A program made the position numbers and the translations under genes. 64,000 nt of DNA from an uncultured virus (IMG/VR IMGVR_UViG_3300029258_001513) (lineage: Duplodnaviria > Heunggongvirae > Uroviricota > Caudoviricetes), in IMG/VR virus record IMGVR_UViG_3300029258_001513; one strand, written 5' to 3'. The first letter of the stretch is position 1; every line of letters begins with the position of its first letter. Under the pieces are notes generated by a model. That model searched no databases. It worked only from the letters and a program-made list of their open reading frames with translations, and had not been told where the DNA came from. Of this stretch, positions 18,196-26,414 are shown one piece after another.

Positions 18196-18639
18196 ATGAA
18201 GAAGTTGCTGTGTTTGAGTCTGTTGGCGTGTCTGTTGGTAAGTCCTGCTCTTGCTGCTACCAACACGGTCAACATCTCGTGGATGAACCCGCAGGTCGAT
18301 GTCGAGGGCAATCCGCTGCCTGATGGTGCGATTGCCAGTTACGACGTACTTGTGGGGGACAGTCAGGATATGGTTGGCGCGGAGGTCGTGGAAAACGTGC
18401 CTCCGGCAACCGAGCCCAATGGCGACGGGGATTATGTTCAGACGGCATCCCTTCCGCTTGGCAATGGTGTGTGGTACATCAGTGTCAGGGCTATTGACGT
18501 TATCGGGCAGGTGGGTCCGCTCAAGGCTCCGGTTGTCCATACGACGCTGGTAGCTCCGGGCGAAGTACGCGACCTGAAGATTGTCACAGTCTCGGGGAGC
18601 GTGGTAACCGTTGGAGTCAACGTCAACGTGGGCGAATGA
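18196..18639 (+). CDS. secreted fibronectin type III-like protein
   Basis: Signal peptide MKKLLCLSLLACLLVSPALA; W..P, Y.V..G, WYISVRAID; AAGGAG RBS. Confidence 0.75.
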   Translation: MKKLLCLSLLACLLVSPALAATNTVNISWMNPQVDVEGNPLPDGAIASYDVLVGDSQDMVGAEVVENVPPATEPNGDGDYVQTASLPLGNGVWYISVRAIDVIGQVGPLKAPVVHTTLVAPGEVRDLKIVTVSGSVVTVGVNVNVGE

Positions 18640-19433
18640 TTCCTTTCTGGAAAAAGGTTCTCGTCAGTGCCGTCTTTATGGCGGCACTGACGGTTCACTC
18701 CTTTGCAGCCACTAACGAGTACGGCTACCCGTACTACCCTGTCGGTCAAACGGGCACCGTTACACTGACTTGGGATGCTCCTATCACGGGGCCTGATACA
18801 TACAAGGTGACAAACGAATGTGGCTGTGTGCAGTGGGAAGGGGGCGTGCCTTCAACCAACATTGGTTTTTATGAGGTTGGGTGGGCTACGAATGACTCCG
18901 GGTATTACAATTTCTCGATTTCCGATTCCAATTTCCCGGCTGGTTGTGGAATCAAAAGTGTAGCTGGTAATGTTCTCACTGCGGCGGTCGAGTTGGTCAG
19001 GGAGGATGTCTATTTCTTCGGAGTCCGGGCTGGCAAATATGGGACGAACTCTGTTCCGACCGTGCGTAGTGATTGGTCATGTCAGCTTATTTGGTTCAGC
19101 GTCGTTCATGACCTTGAGGTTGACCCACAACCGGGTCTTTACTACTTTCCCGTTGATGTGGTCCTGACTAACAGGGCGTGGACAAAGGGCATAACGTGTG
19201 GAAAGCCACTGACGAATCGTTTCATACGGGCGTTCTATACGCTTGATGGCAGCTTGCCGACTACAAACTCAGCTATCTACAATGGTCCGATTACGTTTAC
19301 CAGTAACACGTTTCTGACGGCGGCGGCGGCGAATCAGGCAACAAATGTTCACTGGTCACAACACTTTATCAGGGGAGAGTATCGCCAGTATGCCGCTCCT
19401 GATGGGGTGAGAGGGTTAGCGGTTGTCGAGTGA
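18636..19433 (+). CDS. secreted Fn3-like + CHB_HEX_C-like (YTLDGSxP) protein
   Basis: Signal peptide; VTLTWDAP, YFFGVRA; FYTLDGSLPTTNSAIYNGPI. Confidence 0.8.
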   Translation: MIPFWKKVLVSAVFMAALTVHSFAATNEYGYPYYPVGQTGTVTLTWDAPITGPDTYKVTNECGCVQWEGGVPSTNIGFYEVGWATNDSGYYNFSISDSNFPAGCGIKSVAGNVLTAAVELVREDVYFFGVRAGKYGTNSVPTVRSDWSCQLIWFSVVHDLEVDPQPGLYYFPVDVVLTNRAWTKGITCGKPLTNRFIRAFYTLDGSLPTTNSAIYNGPITFTSNTFLTAAAANQATNVHWSQHFIRGEYRQYAAPDGVRGLAVVE

Positions 19434-19446
19434 TTGATTTGTACTG

Positions 19447-20181
19447 ATGAGTTCTGATTCCATTCAGCCCGACCTAGATGAACTGGTTCGTATTCTCGAA
19501 CAGCCTGACAAGTATTGCTTTGCTGGGTACTACGAGGGGGACGGGACAGCTTCCAATCCGTCTTTGTTGTACTTCCGGGATACGACCGTCAAGGGTGCGT
19601 GCGTAATGACGGTCAAACTTCCTCCTTTGCTTACACAGTGCGTCATCCTTTCCGCGATGAGCATTGTCGGTGGGATGTTGAAAGACTTGTCTATCCCTAC
19701 TGCTCTCAAGATAGGGAAATTCAGGAACCGTCCATCGGTGCCGGAGAAGAAGCCTTGTTGGTGGCCCAGTTGTACCGACTTCTTTCTTTCGTGGGAGATG
19801 TTGCTGGAAAGAGGACGGACGGATTATTCTGTTTCGTTCTGGCGGGATTTACCTTGGCACGACATCGACGATGGTGAGATTCGGAAGTACACCGGAGCTT
19901 CTATGACTACCGTTCAGACGTGGAGGAGACGGTTCGATGGTGTTGATGGTGAGAGACCGAAAAAGGGCACTCCGGCTTTTTGGAAGAGGGTGGACTGGAA
20001 AGGCATCCCCTCGAATGCTCAAGTGGCTGAGATATACGGCGTGAAAGAAAATGACGTTGCCCGCTGGAGGGGCAAGCTCGCTCCTGATACCGGAAGGGGA
20101 GATTACCTGTCGGGCGGGAATGGTAACGGGCGGAAGAAGTCCGGTAGCCGAAAATCTGGCAAGCGTACTGTCGCTGCGTGA
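19447..20181 (+). CDS. putative DNA-binding protein with two HTH-like repeats
   Basis: FW..W..EI..G.S..TV..WR repeated as FW..W..QVAEIYGV..VARWR; basic tail. Confidence 0.6.
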   Translation: MSSDSIQPDLDELVRILEQPDKYCFAGYYEGDGTASNPSLLYFRDTTVKGACVMTVKLPPLLTQCVILSAMSIVGGMLKDLSIPTALKIGKFRNRPSVPEKKPCWWPSCTDFFLSWEMLLERGRTDYSVSFWRDLPWHDIDDGEIRKYTGASMTTVQTWRRRFDGVDGERPKKGTPAFWKRVDWKGIPSNAQVAEIYGVKENDVARWRGKLAPDTGRGDYLSGGNGNGRKKSGSRKSGKRTVAA

Positions 20182-20192
20182 TTCTCCTGAGA

Positions 20193-20202
20193 GGTGTATA
20201 AT
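20193..20202 (+). promoter_or_regulatory. GGTGTATAAT -10-like element (class 2)
   Basis: Intergenic, upstream of RBS and ATG 20218; recurs at 21106, 29450, 48712. Confidence 0.55.
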
Positions 20203-20217
20203 CCCTCTGGAGGAAGA

Positions 20218-20508
20218 ATGTCTTGGCATCTTGCAACACTTACCGGACGGATTCGGAAGACTACTTGGCTTTGGCATGGCGAGTGGACGAAAGCTATCAG
20301 GGGTCTAAGCCCGGAAGCTCGTCTCTGTTCTCAAGCTCCTGTGGAATGCACTCGGTGCGGGCATACGTGGGTTCGACAAGAGGTTGACGGGCTGTATTCC
20401 CCTCCCAACGTGTGCCGCTGCGGTTGCTCGAATGTCAGAATAGGCGGCGTGACACACACCTTTATTCCACGCCATTGTGCCGTTGTGTACGGCGAGGAGA
20501 CGGCGTGA
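20218..20508 (+). CDS. Zn-ribbon protein, variant tail
   Basis: CTRCG..CRCG; IPRHCAVVYGEE; GGAGG RBS. Confidence 0.65.
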   Translation: MSWHLATLTGRIRKTTWLWHGEWTKAIRGLSPEARLCSQAPVECTRCGHTWVRQEVDGLYSPPNVCRCGCSNVRIGGVTHTFIPRHCAVVYGEETA

Positions 20509-20723
20509 GCCTTGCCCGGTGGTATCAGGTAACCCGGCAGCATTGTCGCAGATGTGGTGAGGTTGCGTGGCTTGTCGAGAGGCAACTTGTCGGGGGAGAC
20601 CCACGGGTTATGCCGTGTGGGGGTGGAGTTTCACAAGCATTCCCATGGAACCGAAACCGAGGTTGTCGTTCCCCCGTCCTTACTTTGCGGAGAGGTCTTT
20701 GTCTGGGATGAAAGGCGGGACGA

Positions 20724-20942
20724 GTGAAAGTCACATGGCACTGCCGTAAATGTGGAGCCTACTTCAAGGGAACATGGATGATCGAGCGGTGTGACTGCGG
20801 CAATAGGAACTTCTTGTCTGCTGTGGACATGAAGGGTAAGAGGATGTATTCCAGAGATGTTATTGTCCCGGCGAGGCAGGGGTATGTCTACGACGAACAA
20901 GAACTATGTGGCTTACGAGCCGGAGATGATACCGGCGTGTAG
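20724..20942 (+). CDS. Zn-ribbon mini-protein, variant tail
   Basis: CRKCG..CDCG; VPARQGYVYDE. Confidence 0.6.
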   Translation: MKVTWHCRKCGAYFKGTWMIERCDCGNRNFLSAVDMKGKRMYSRDVIVPARQGYVYDEQELCGLRAGDDTGV

Positions 20943-21114
20943 TCACTGCTGGTATCGGGGAGAGCCGCAAGAAGCCAATCTGGAGAACTCCAACGGGGTT
21001 ATCGTTTCTGTTCTTCGGTGGTGCCCGGAGTGCGGCAAGGGGTGGTCTCCCGCGATGTGTCCGGTTGGTTCTGTCGCAATTTGTCCGGTCACGGAGTCGG
21101 TGGTGGGTGTATAA
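20884..21114 (+). CDS. Zn-ribbon PxG-tail mini-protein
   Basis: CSHC..CPECG; CPVGSVAIC. Confidence 0.6.
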   Translation: MSTTNKNYVAYEPEMIPACSHCWYRGEPQEANLENSNGVIVSVLRWCPECGKGWSPAMCPVGSVAICPVTESVVGV

Positions 21115-21118
21115 TCAT

Positions 21119-21146
21119 TCAGAATTCAGGTATCGTTGTGCAATGA
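21119..21146 (+). promoter_or_regulatory. TCAGAAT-N12-GTGCAATG motif, copy 1
   Basis: Exact spacing; intergenic, upstream of 21156. Confidence 0.75.
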
Positions 21147-21155
21147 GGGGGTTGA

Positions 21156-21590
21156 GTGGCAGGTTACGAGTACAGGTCTGAGGCATCTATCGTGAACTCT
21201 GACAGGGAAATCCGGGCAACGGATATTCCAAACGGCGTTGTGGTTCGGGGTCCGGGCGGGAAACCCATCCTCGTGGATTACGACGACGATGGCAAGATGG
21301 TCAACTCCGGCACGGAGGTTGAAATCGGGGACTGGCTGTCGGGCATCGGCAAAAGCATACCCGAGGACATGGTGATTCTTGTCCATTCCGTCAAGGGCGA
21401 CGGGCAGATGCTTCTCAAGAGCCTTGAGGTGAATCGTATTCTGAGGAACGGCAAGAAGATGAGCGTGGCTCAGGCGGCGAAGGAGGGTGTGCTCCCGAAG
21501 TTCGTGGAAACTCTGCGTGAGAAGTTCGTGAAAACTCTGGAGAAGAAAGGTTCAAAATGCGTAAGTACAGCAGACAGCACGGCTGGATGA
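21156..21590 (+). CDS. hypothetical protein
   Basis: Follows promoter motif; 144 aa. Confidence 0.7.
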   Translation: MAGYEYRSEASIVNSDREIRATDIPNGVVVRGPGGKPILVDYDDDGKMVNSGTEVEIGDWLSGIGKSIPEDMVILVHSVKGDGQMLLKSLEVNRILRNGKKMSVAQAAKEGVLPKFVETLREKFVKTLEKKGSKCVSTADSTAG

Positions 21591-22093
21591 TTCTTCACAG
21601 CTATGCTTCTGGTGACGGCTCAATTCACTTTACGTGGATTTCGGAGAATGACCCACAGGGACCGGCTCTCAGCGAGTACGTTACCGAGAGTGACGTGAGT
21701 GAGTATCTGCGGGAGGACGAAGAGTCCGGGGCTCACAGGTGGAAGGGTTGGGAAATCTTCGTCATGTGGCCCGGTCGCACTCGCTTCCCCGAGATACGAC
21801 TGGTCGAGCCCGCCTTTCGTCCTTTTCACACATTCAAGCGTCTCGTCTTTCGGGGAGGGGGATACGAGTATTCCTCGATGAAGGGTGATGGCGACGACTA
21901 CAGGTTGTGCAACACGACCTTCTGGGCTCTCGATGAGTTTGGAAAGCACGAGGTCCATAACGGCGACATCAGGCTTGCCCTGTGCTTCTATCTGAACCAC
22001 GAGGAGGATTTTGCCAAGCAGGGTTTTACCGTGAGGGAGCGTCGTGCCGGATGTAGTTCACGAGCCGTACATGGTGTGGGAGTGCCCGCATAA
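21557..22093 (+). CDS. hypothetical protein
   Basis: 178-aa ORF in operon. Confidence 0.65.
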   Translation: MRKYSRQHGWMILHSYASGDGSIHFTWISENDPQGPALSEYVTESDVSEYLREDEESGAHRWKGWEIFVMWPGRTRFPEIRLVEPAFRPFHTFKRLVFRGGGYEYSSMKGDGDDYRLCNTTFWALDEFGKHEVHNGDIRLALCFYLNHEEDFAKQGFTVRERRAGCSSRAVHGVGVPA

Positions 22094-22325
22094 GAAGGTG
22101 CTGACTCGGACGGGGTGGGGTTTGAATCTTCCGCCGGAGTGCCGTTTATGCACGCACGAGGAGATGGATTATGTCGGGGCGGTGCCGAGGGGATGTGTGT
22201 ATGTCTGGTGGGAATGTTCAGTGCCATCGCCCGGACTTGCCGTGGCATCCGGTGCCGGACAAGTACACGGTCGGGGTGGACATGGGCACGGGGAAGGACG
22301 TAACGAAGTTGGTGTTGCGGGATGA
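22044..22325 (+). CDS. PxG-tail protein
   Basis: CPH..CRLC; VPRGCVYVWWE. Confidence 0.55.
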   Translation: MPDVVHEPYMVWECPHKKVLTRTGWGLNLPPECRLCTHEEMDYVGAVPRGCVYVWWECSVPSPGLAVASGAGQVHGRGGHGHGEGRNEVGVAG

Positions 22326-22458
22326 GCACGGAGACCTTTACTTCATGCAGCCACCACCCGAAGGTGTCGTTCTCGTCTTCAGCGAGCAAACAGCCGGTTC
22401 CCAACTGGGAAACCATGAGAAAGCTCGCGGAGCGTGCGAGGTTGGATGCGGCGTATGA
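22171..22458 (+). CDS. PxG-tail protein (start uncertain)
   Basis: PPEGVVLVFSE. Confidence 0.5.
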   Translation: MSGRCRGDVCMSGGNVQCHRPDLPWHPVPDKYTVGVDMGTGKDVTKLVLRDEHGDLYFMQPPPEGVVLVFSEQTAGSQLGNHEKARGACEVGCGV

Positions 22459-22621
22459 TGCGGACAAGAGCATTATTCGGGGTCTTTTGGGGTCCGCGAA
22501 TTGGACGAGTGCGGATATCGAGCAGTGGGAAAAGAAAGCAGATGAAGAGCATTGGATACGGACGAGAGTCCTCATGGACTGCCCGAAAGGTTCTGTGGGC
22601 GTATGGCTAGAGGAGGAAGTT
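22322..22621 (+). CDS. PxG-tail module running in frame, without stop, into the LpxR-like gene
   Basis: CPKGSVGVWLEEE; its EEE codons supply AGGAGG (22611-22616). Confidence 0.5.
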
Positions 22622-23548
22622 GTGGATAAGAGACTTGTGACGGTTCCTGTTATATTGTTGTTTCTGGCGTCGAATGTTGCGGCGTCCGGCATCATTCTTC
22701 GCGAGGAAAACGATTTCTTCACGGGCTCTGATGACTATTACACGCAGGGGTTGGAATTGCTTGGTGTGGGTCATGTCGTCAGGAGAAAAGACCATCTCTA
22801 TTTGCGTTCATACGGCGTGCGTAATCTCATGTACACCCCGAGCGATATCCGTATTGCCGAGGACCAGCCGGAGGAACGTCCTTGGGCTGGGCTGACCGCC
22901 GCTCTGGTCGAGGAGTGGTATTACCGGAAAAAGCAATCGTTGCGTGTCGAGTGGATGGCGGGTGTTCTTGGAGAGTGGTCTCAATCTGATGAAATCCAGA
23001 CTTGGTTCCACGACCTGATAGGGGACAATCTGCCGATGGGGTGGGACAACCAGATACCCAACGAGCCGTTCGTCAACGTGGCTGTTGAATACTACCGACC
23101 TCTGTATGTTGTCGGTAGCCAGTGGCAGTTTGACGTGACGGGGCAATGGGGAGGCAGCTTGGGTACGGCATTCGTCAATATGGGTGGCGGTCTGTTGCTA
23201 CGGGGTGGCTGGCAGGTGCCGTCGGATTACAACCTCGGTCTTATCACGCCGACCGTGGCGAAAGCAAATGAGCTTTCAGCTTACCTGTTCCTTGAGAACA
23301 AGGCACGCTTTGTGGCTCACAATGCAACATTGGGCGGCAGCTTGTTTCAGGATGGTCCGAGCCGGGAACTCGAACCACTGGTCGGGGACGTAAGGGGAGG
23401 CTTTTCCCTTGGTCTCAACAGGGTCTTGGGCTCGTCGTATGATTTCCGTCTGGTGTATTCAGGCGTAGTCCGCTCGAAAGAGTTTGAGGGTCAGAAAGAA
23501 GTCGTCGATTACGGTTCTATCCTGCTTTATGTGATGGGAGGATTTTGA
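22622..23548 (+). CDS. lpxR: LpxR / DUF2219 family outer-membrane lipid A 3-O-deacylase-like beta-barrel
   Basis: Signal peptide then ENDFF..DDYYTQG, MYTPSDI, RPWAG, GWDNQIPNE, C-terminal F. Confidence 0.8.
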   Translation: MDKRLVTVPVILLFLASNVAASGIILREENDFFTGSDDYYTQGLELLGVGHVVRRKDHLYLRSYGVRNLMYTPSDIRIAEDQPEERPWAGLTAALVEEWYYRKKQSLRVEWMAGVLGEWSQSDEIQTWFHDLIGDNLPMGWDNQIPNEPFVNVAVEYYRPLYVVGSQWQFDVTGQWGGSLGTAFVNMGGGLLLRGGWQVPSDYNLGLITPTVAKANELSAYLFLENKARFVAHNATLGGSLFQDGPSRELEPLVGDVRGGFSLGLNRVLGSSYDFRLVYSGVVRSKEFEGQKEVVDYGSILLYVMGGF

Positions 23549-23549
23549 C

Positions 23550-23852
23550 ATGAAAGACAAGGTGGCGTTCATTATCAATGAGATGGATGACGGTCAGTAT
23601 GCCGTTCAGGTCACGGATGATGTTGGCAAGGCGGTTGTCAGCTTCCGCAACTTGCACGGCAGAGCGAATGACCCGCCCACGCGAGTCACGCTGATAACGA
23701 TGAACTACAAGGACAAGGAGTTTCTTATACGGGCGAAGAACTTGCCAGTGCAGGATGTATCGAAGGATGAGTTGCCTGACGGGGTCGTTCTTGGGAAAGG
23801 CCCTATCTGGCTGGACAAGGAGGAAGACGATGCCAGCGACACTGATAGTTGA
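23550..23852 (+). CDS. hypothetical protein
   Basis: GGAGG RBS; 100 aa. Confidence 0.7.
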   Translation: MKDKVAFIINEMDDGQYAVQVTDDVGKAVVSFRNLHGRANDPPTRVTLITMNYKDKEFLIRAKNLPVQDVSKDELPDGVVLGKGPIWLDKEEDDASDTDS

Positions 23853-24057
23853 AGTATCTGCGGAAGACCATGACCGGGTAGCAAAGCGAATCGAAATGCT
23901 TGAGGGCGTTGATTCGGTTGGTGAAGTCGAAGAGGGTCAGCATGAATACAAGGGGTGGGCTGACTTGCACGTTCGCTGTGGTTGCGGAACCAGCCGGTTC
24001 GATGTAGAGGAACTCCTGCGGGGCGTGAGCGGAGTGGAGGTCCGTGTGGTGAAATAA
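23830..24057 (+). CDS. small hypothetical protein (ACT/ferredoxin-like pattern)
   Basis: GGAGGA RBS; two EGV/SGV helix-strand turns. Confidence 0.55.
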   Translation: MPATLIVEVSAEDHDRVAKRIEMLEGVDSVGEVEEGQHEYKGWADLHVRCGCGTSRFDVEELLRGVSGVEVRVVK

Positions 24058-24083
24058 GGGGGGGTCTGAGCCAAGAGGTTATC

Positions 24084-25127
24084 GTGAACAAGACTGTCTA
24101 TCTTCCGTATAAGACCGTCCGGGAATCCACCCGGAAGATTGTTGCTCGTCAGTATCCCAAGAAGGAGCGGAAGAAAAGGCGGGACACGATTTTGAAGGAT
24201 GCTATAAGGAAAGTCCTTCTGTTTCCGGGTATGTTACAGACCATGGAGGCGAATATCCTGATGGACGAGGAGGCTTACGTCGAGCGTGGTTGCCGTATGT
24301 ACTTTCCCGAGTCCGCTGCCCTTTTGGAGATGTTGTGGGGGGGGGCGAGGATGGACTTGGATTTGGCAGACCTTGACATGGATAGGATTCCTCCGGTTTT
24401 CAGTGTCGCGTGGCCGAAGTGTGAGATAGACGGGGCACAGATGCGTGGATGCCTTGTGGTGATAATGACGGGGAACCAGTATAACGAGCTTTGTTCCCGT
24501 TTCGGTCGCCGCTACTTGGGAAGTGACATAGCGAGGGTGAAGCTGGTGGACCGAATCCCCGATGACATTCTCGGGCTGCATCTCACCTACTGGCAGCCCC
24601 AAGAGAAAGGCGACCCCATGCTTGTACGCTGCTGTGTCCCGGATACCGGCATCAAGGAGTGTTTCTCGTCGGAGTCCGGCTATCGTGAATTCATGGAGTC
24701 ATTCGGAAACTTGAGGTTGTTGGGGGCAGTTGGCTTAGACGAACAGGAGACTCATCAGAACTACGTCATGTCGAAGCTCGTCTTGCGTCTCATGGTCTAC
24801 ATGCAAGCCTGTCCCGAGCATGTTCATTATGGGTTGCCCGATGGGCATAAAGACCGGGACTTCAAATCGCCCTATGAGGAAATCACGACTTGCCGAGTGG
24901 GTGTTCCGGCGGGGTTGGTTGGGACGTACGCTTCTCCGTCGGTACACTGGAGGACATGGCATTTCAGAAGCTATCCGGTACGGAAGAACGGGACAAAGAG
25001 GAAGGGTGCCGTATTCGTAAAGGGTACAGTCGTGAACGCGGACGTAGACCCGCAAACGGTGGAAGATGAAACTACGAGCAAGAGAACTGAAACATTTGCA
25101 CAAGGTGTTGTCCACGGACATCGCTGA
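24084..25127 (+). CDS. phage hypothetical protein
   Basis: 347 aa; C-terminal SPSVHWRTWHFR motif. Confidence 0.75.
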   Translation: MNKTVYLPYKTVRESTRKIVARQYPKKERKKRRDTILKDAIRKVLLFPGMLQTMEANILMDEEAYVERGCRMYFPESAALLEMLWGGARMDLDLADLDMDRIPPVFSVAWPKCEIDGAQMRGCLVVIMTGNQYNELCSRFGRRYLGSDIARVKLVDRIPDDILGLHLTYWQPQEKGDPMLVRCCVPDTGIKECFSSESGYREFMESFGNLRLLGAVGLDEQETHQNYVMSKLVLRLMVYMQACPEHVHYGLPDGHKDRDFKSPYEEITTCRVGVPAGLVGTYASPSVHWRTWHFRSYPVRKNGTKRKGAVFVKGTVVNADVDPQTVEDETTSKRTETFAQGVVHGHR

Positions 25128-25260
25128 GTGTACGAGTCTGCTTGAGGGAGACATCCCGGAAGGGCAGGTTTTGAGGGTGGCGGAACGGATGGAGGAAGAC
25201 CGCCGCATGATGGAAATGATTGACAATGAGTTCCTCGCACACCCGGAATGGAGGAGATGA
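25066..25260 (+). CDS. small helical hypothetical protein
   Basis: ATGA coupling to next gene. Confidence 0.55.
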   Translation: MKLRARELKHLHKVLSTDIAECTSLLEGDIPEGQVLRVAERMEEDRRMMEMIDNEFLAHPEWRR

Positions 25261-25652
25261 GGGTTATCATCGCAGGACCACGTGACTATGAAGACTATGT
25301 GTCACTCCTTGTTGCGGTACGTTTGGCTGCGTTCGATATTTCCGAAGTCGTATCGGGACATGCACGCGGCGTTGACACTCTTGGAGAGCGGTGGTCCCGT
25401 GAAGTCCTTGGTAGGGAGCCCAAGCTGTTCCCGGCGGATTGGAACAAGTACGGCAAGGGAGCCGGGCCTAAGCGGAACCTGCAAATGGCGAAGTATGCAG
25501 AGGGTGCCATTATCCTGTGGGATGGAATCAGTCGCGGGACTGGCAGCATGTGGAAGATAGCCAAGGCGAATGGTCTGGAGTGGTTCGTGTATGGTGTCAG
25601 AGGATACAAGCCGGGAAAAGGCAGAAGGTCTCTTCGAGGCTCTGGTTCTTGA
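25257..25652 (+). CDS. SLOG superfamily (YspA/DUF2493-like) protein
   Basis: VIIAGPRDY, VVSGHARGVDTLGE, FPADWNKYGKGAGPKRNLQMA, WDGISRGT. Confidence 0.88.
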   Translation: MRVIIAGPRDYEDYVSLLVAVRLAAFDISEVVSGHARGVDTLGERWSREVLGREPKLFPADWNKYGKGAGPKRNLQMAKYAEGAIILWDGISRGTGSMWKIAKANGLEWFVYGVRGYKPGKGRRSLRGSGS

Positions 25653-25923
25653 CCGGGTTCTTTCTGAACGTGAGGTTCAGGAGGCTATGAATGGACCGGC
25701 TCCGAAGCTGTCGGAAGAAGAAGAGGCGATACTGGACAGGATAGGCTCCGAGCTTCCGAATCGGATTGGCGAATGGCGTGCAGCCGAGCAAGGGTGTATA
25801 GTCCCGAGGGACGAGGAAACGATTGGAGTGTTATGCGTGTCCGACTGGCACATAGGAAACGTCATGGGTCCGCATTGTCCGAGGGGTTGCGTGGTGGTGG
25901 AAGATGAGAGACCCGTTGATTGA
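25570..25923 (+). CDS. PxG-tail protein
   Basis: QGCIVPRDEE and CPRGCVVVEDE. Confidence 0.6.
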   Translation: MVWSGSCMVSEDTSREKAEGLFEALVLDRVLSEREVQEAMNGPAPKLSEEEEAILDRIGSELPNRIGEWRAAEQGCIVPRDEETIGVLCVSDWHIGNVMGPHCPRGCVVVEDERPVD

Positions 25924-26173
25924 TTTCCCGATGATGATTCTTCAGGCGTGCGAGCCTCCGGTGCCGAAAGGGAGCGTCATGGGTCTCAGGGTCATCAAGT
26001 CCAGAGAGTGCAAGCCCGGACAGGCGTTAGTGGCCAACAGGAACGGCAACGTCTACAATTTAGATTTCGGGCCGCCGTTGGGCTGTGTGGAAGTAACAGA
26101 GGAACAGGAGGTTGGGTACGGAAGGCAGCGGATATTCTCGGTGTTTCAGAATCCTGACCCTTGTGTGCAATGA
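25904..26173 (+). CDS. PxG-tail protein, last of the array
   Basis: VPKGSVM and PPLGCVEVTEE. Confidence 0.6.
   Translation: MRDPLIDFPMMILQACEPPVPKGSVMGLRVIKSRECKPGQALVANRNGNVYNLDFGPPLGCVEVTEEQEVGYGRQRIFSVFQNPDPCVQ
26146..26173 (+). promoter_or_regulatory. TCAGAAT-N12-GTGCAATG motif, copy 2
   Basis: Exact spacing. Confidence 0.75.
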
Positions 26174-26341
26174 GGGTGTATTGAGAACGAGGAGGTATTC
26201 GATGGAAGTCCTGAAACCGCCCTGACAATCAGTGTGACTACTGAATGATGCACTTGATAGGATGTTTTGTTGATGAGGCGAAATGTCTTGTGGTTGAGTA
26301 GCCTTGAAAGGCCCGCAAAGAACAGCGGGCCTTTCTTTTTT
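26174..26341 (+). ncRNA. putative small transcript (7-aa ORF MEVLKPP at 26202-26225, or sRNA)
   Basis: Bounded by promoter motif and terminator; GAGGAGG RBS before ATG 26202. Confidence 0.4.
26306..26341 (+). terminator. intrinsic terminator
   Basis: GAAAGGCCCGC-N8-GCGGGCCTTTC followed by T6. Confidence 0.85.
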
Positions 26342-26367
26342 CAGAATTTCCGTGTGGTTGTGCAATG
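26341..26367 (+). promoter_or_regulatory. TCAGAAT-N12-GTGCAATG motif, copy 3
   Basis: Abuts terminator; upstream of 26415. Confidence 0.75.
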
Positions 26368-26414
26368 TATGTATGTGAGGCTGAACGAGAAAGGACGATT
26401 GTAGAGGAGGTTCA

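Noticed and set aside
135..26173. PxG motif as an RNA hairpin (CC-NNNN-GG) or a G/T-skew artefact
   Set aside because: Flanking pairing is inconsistent, wobble positions vary and the motif stays in frame; skew may inflate Val/Gly/Cys but not the ordered Pro-x-Gly..Glu pattern
26268..26290. TGATGAGGCGAAA as a hammerhead ribozyme core
   Set aside because: Lacks the C of CUGAUGA, has no stem II, and no convincing stems I/III
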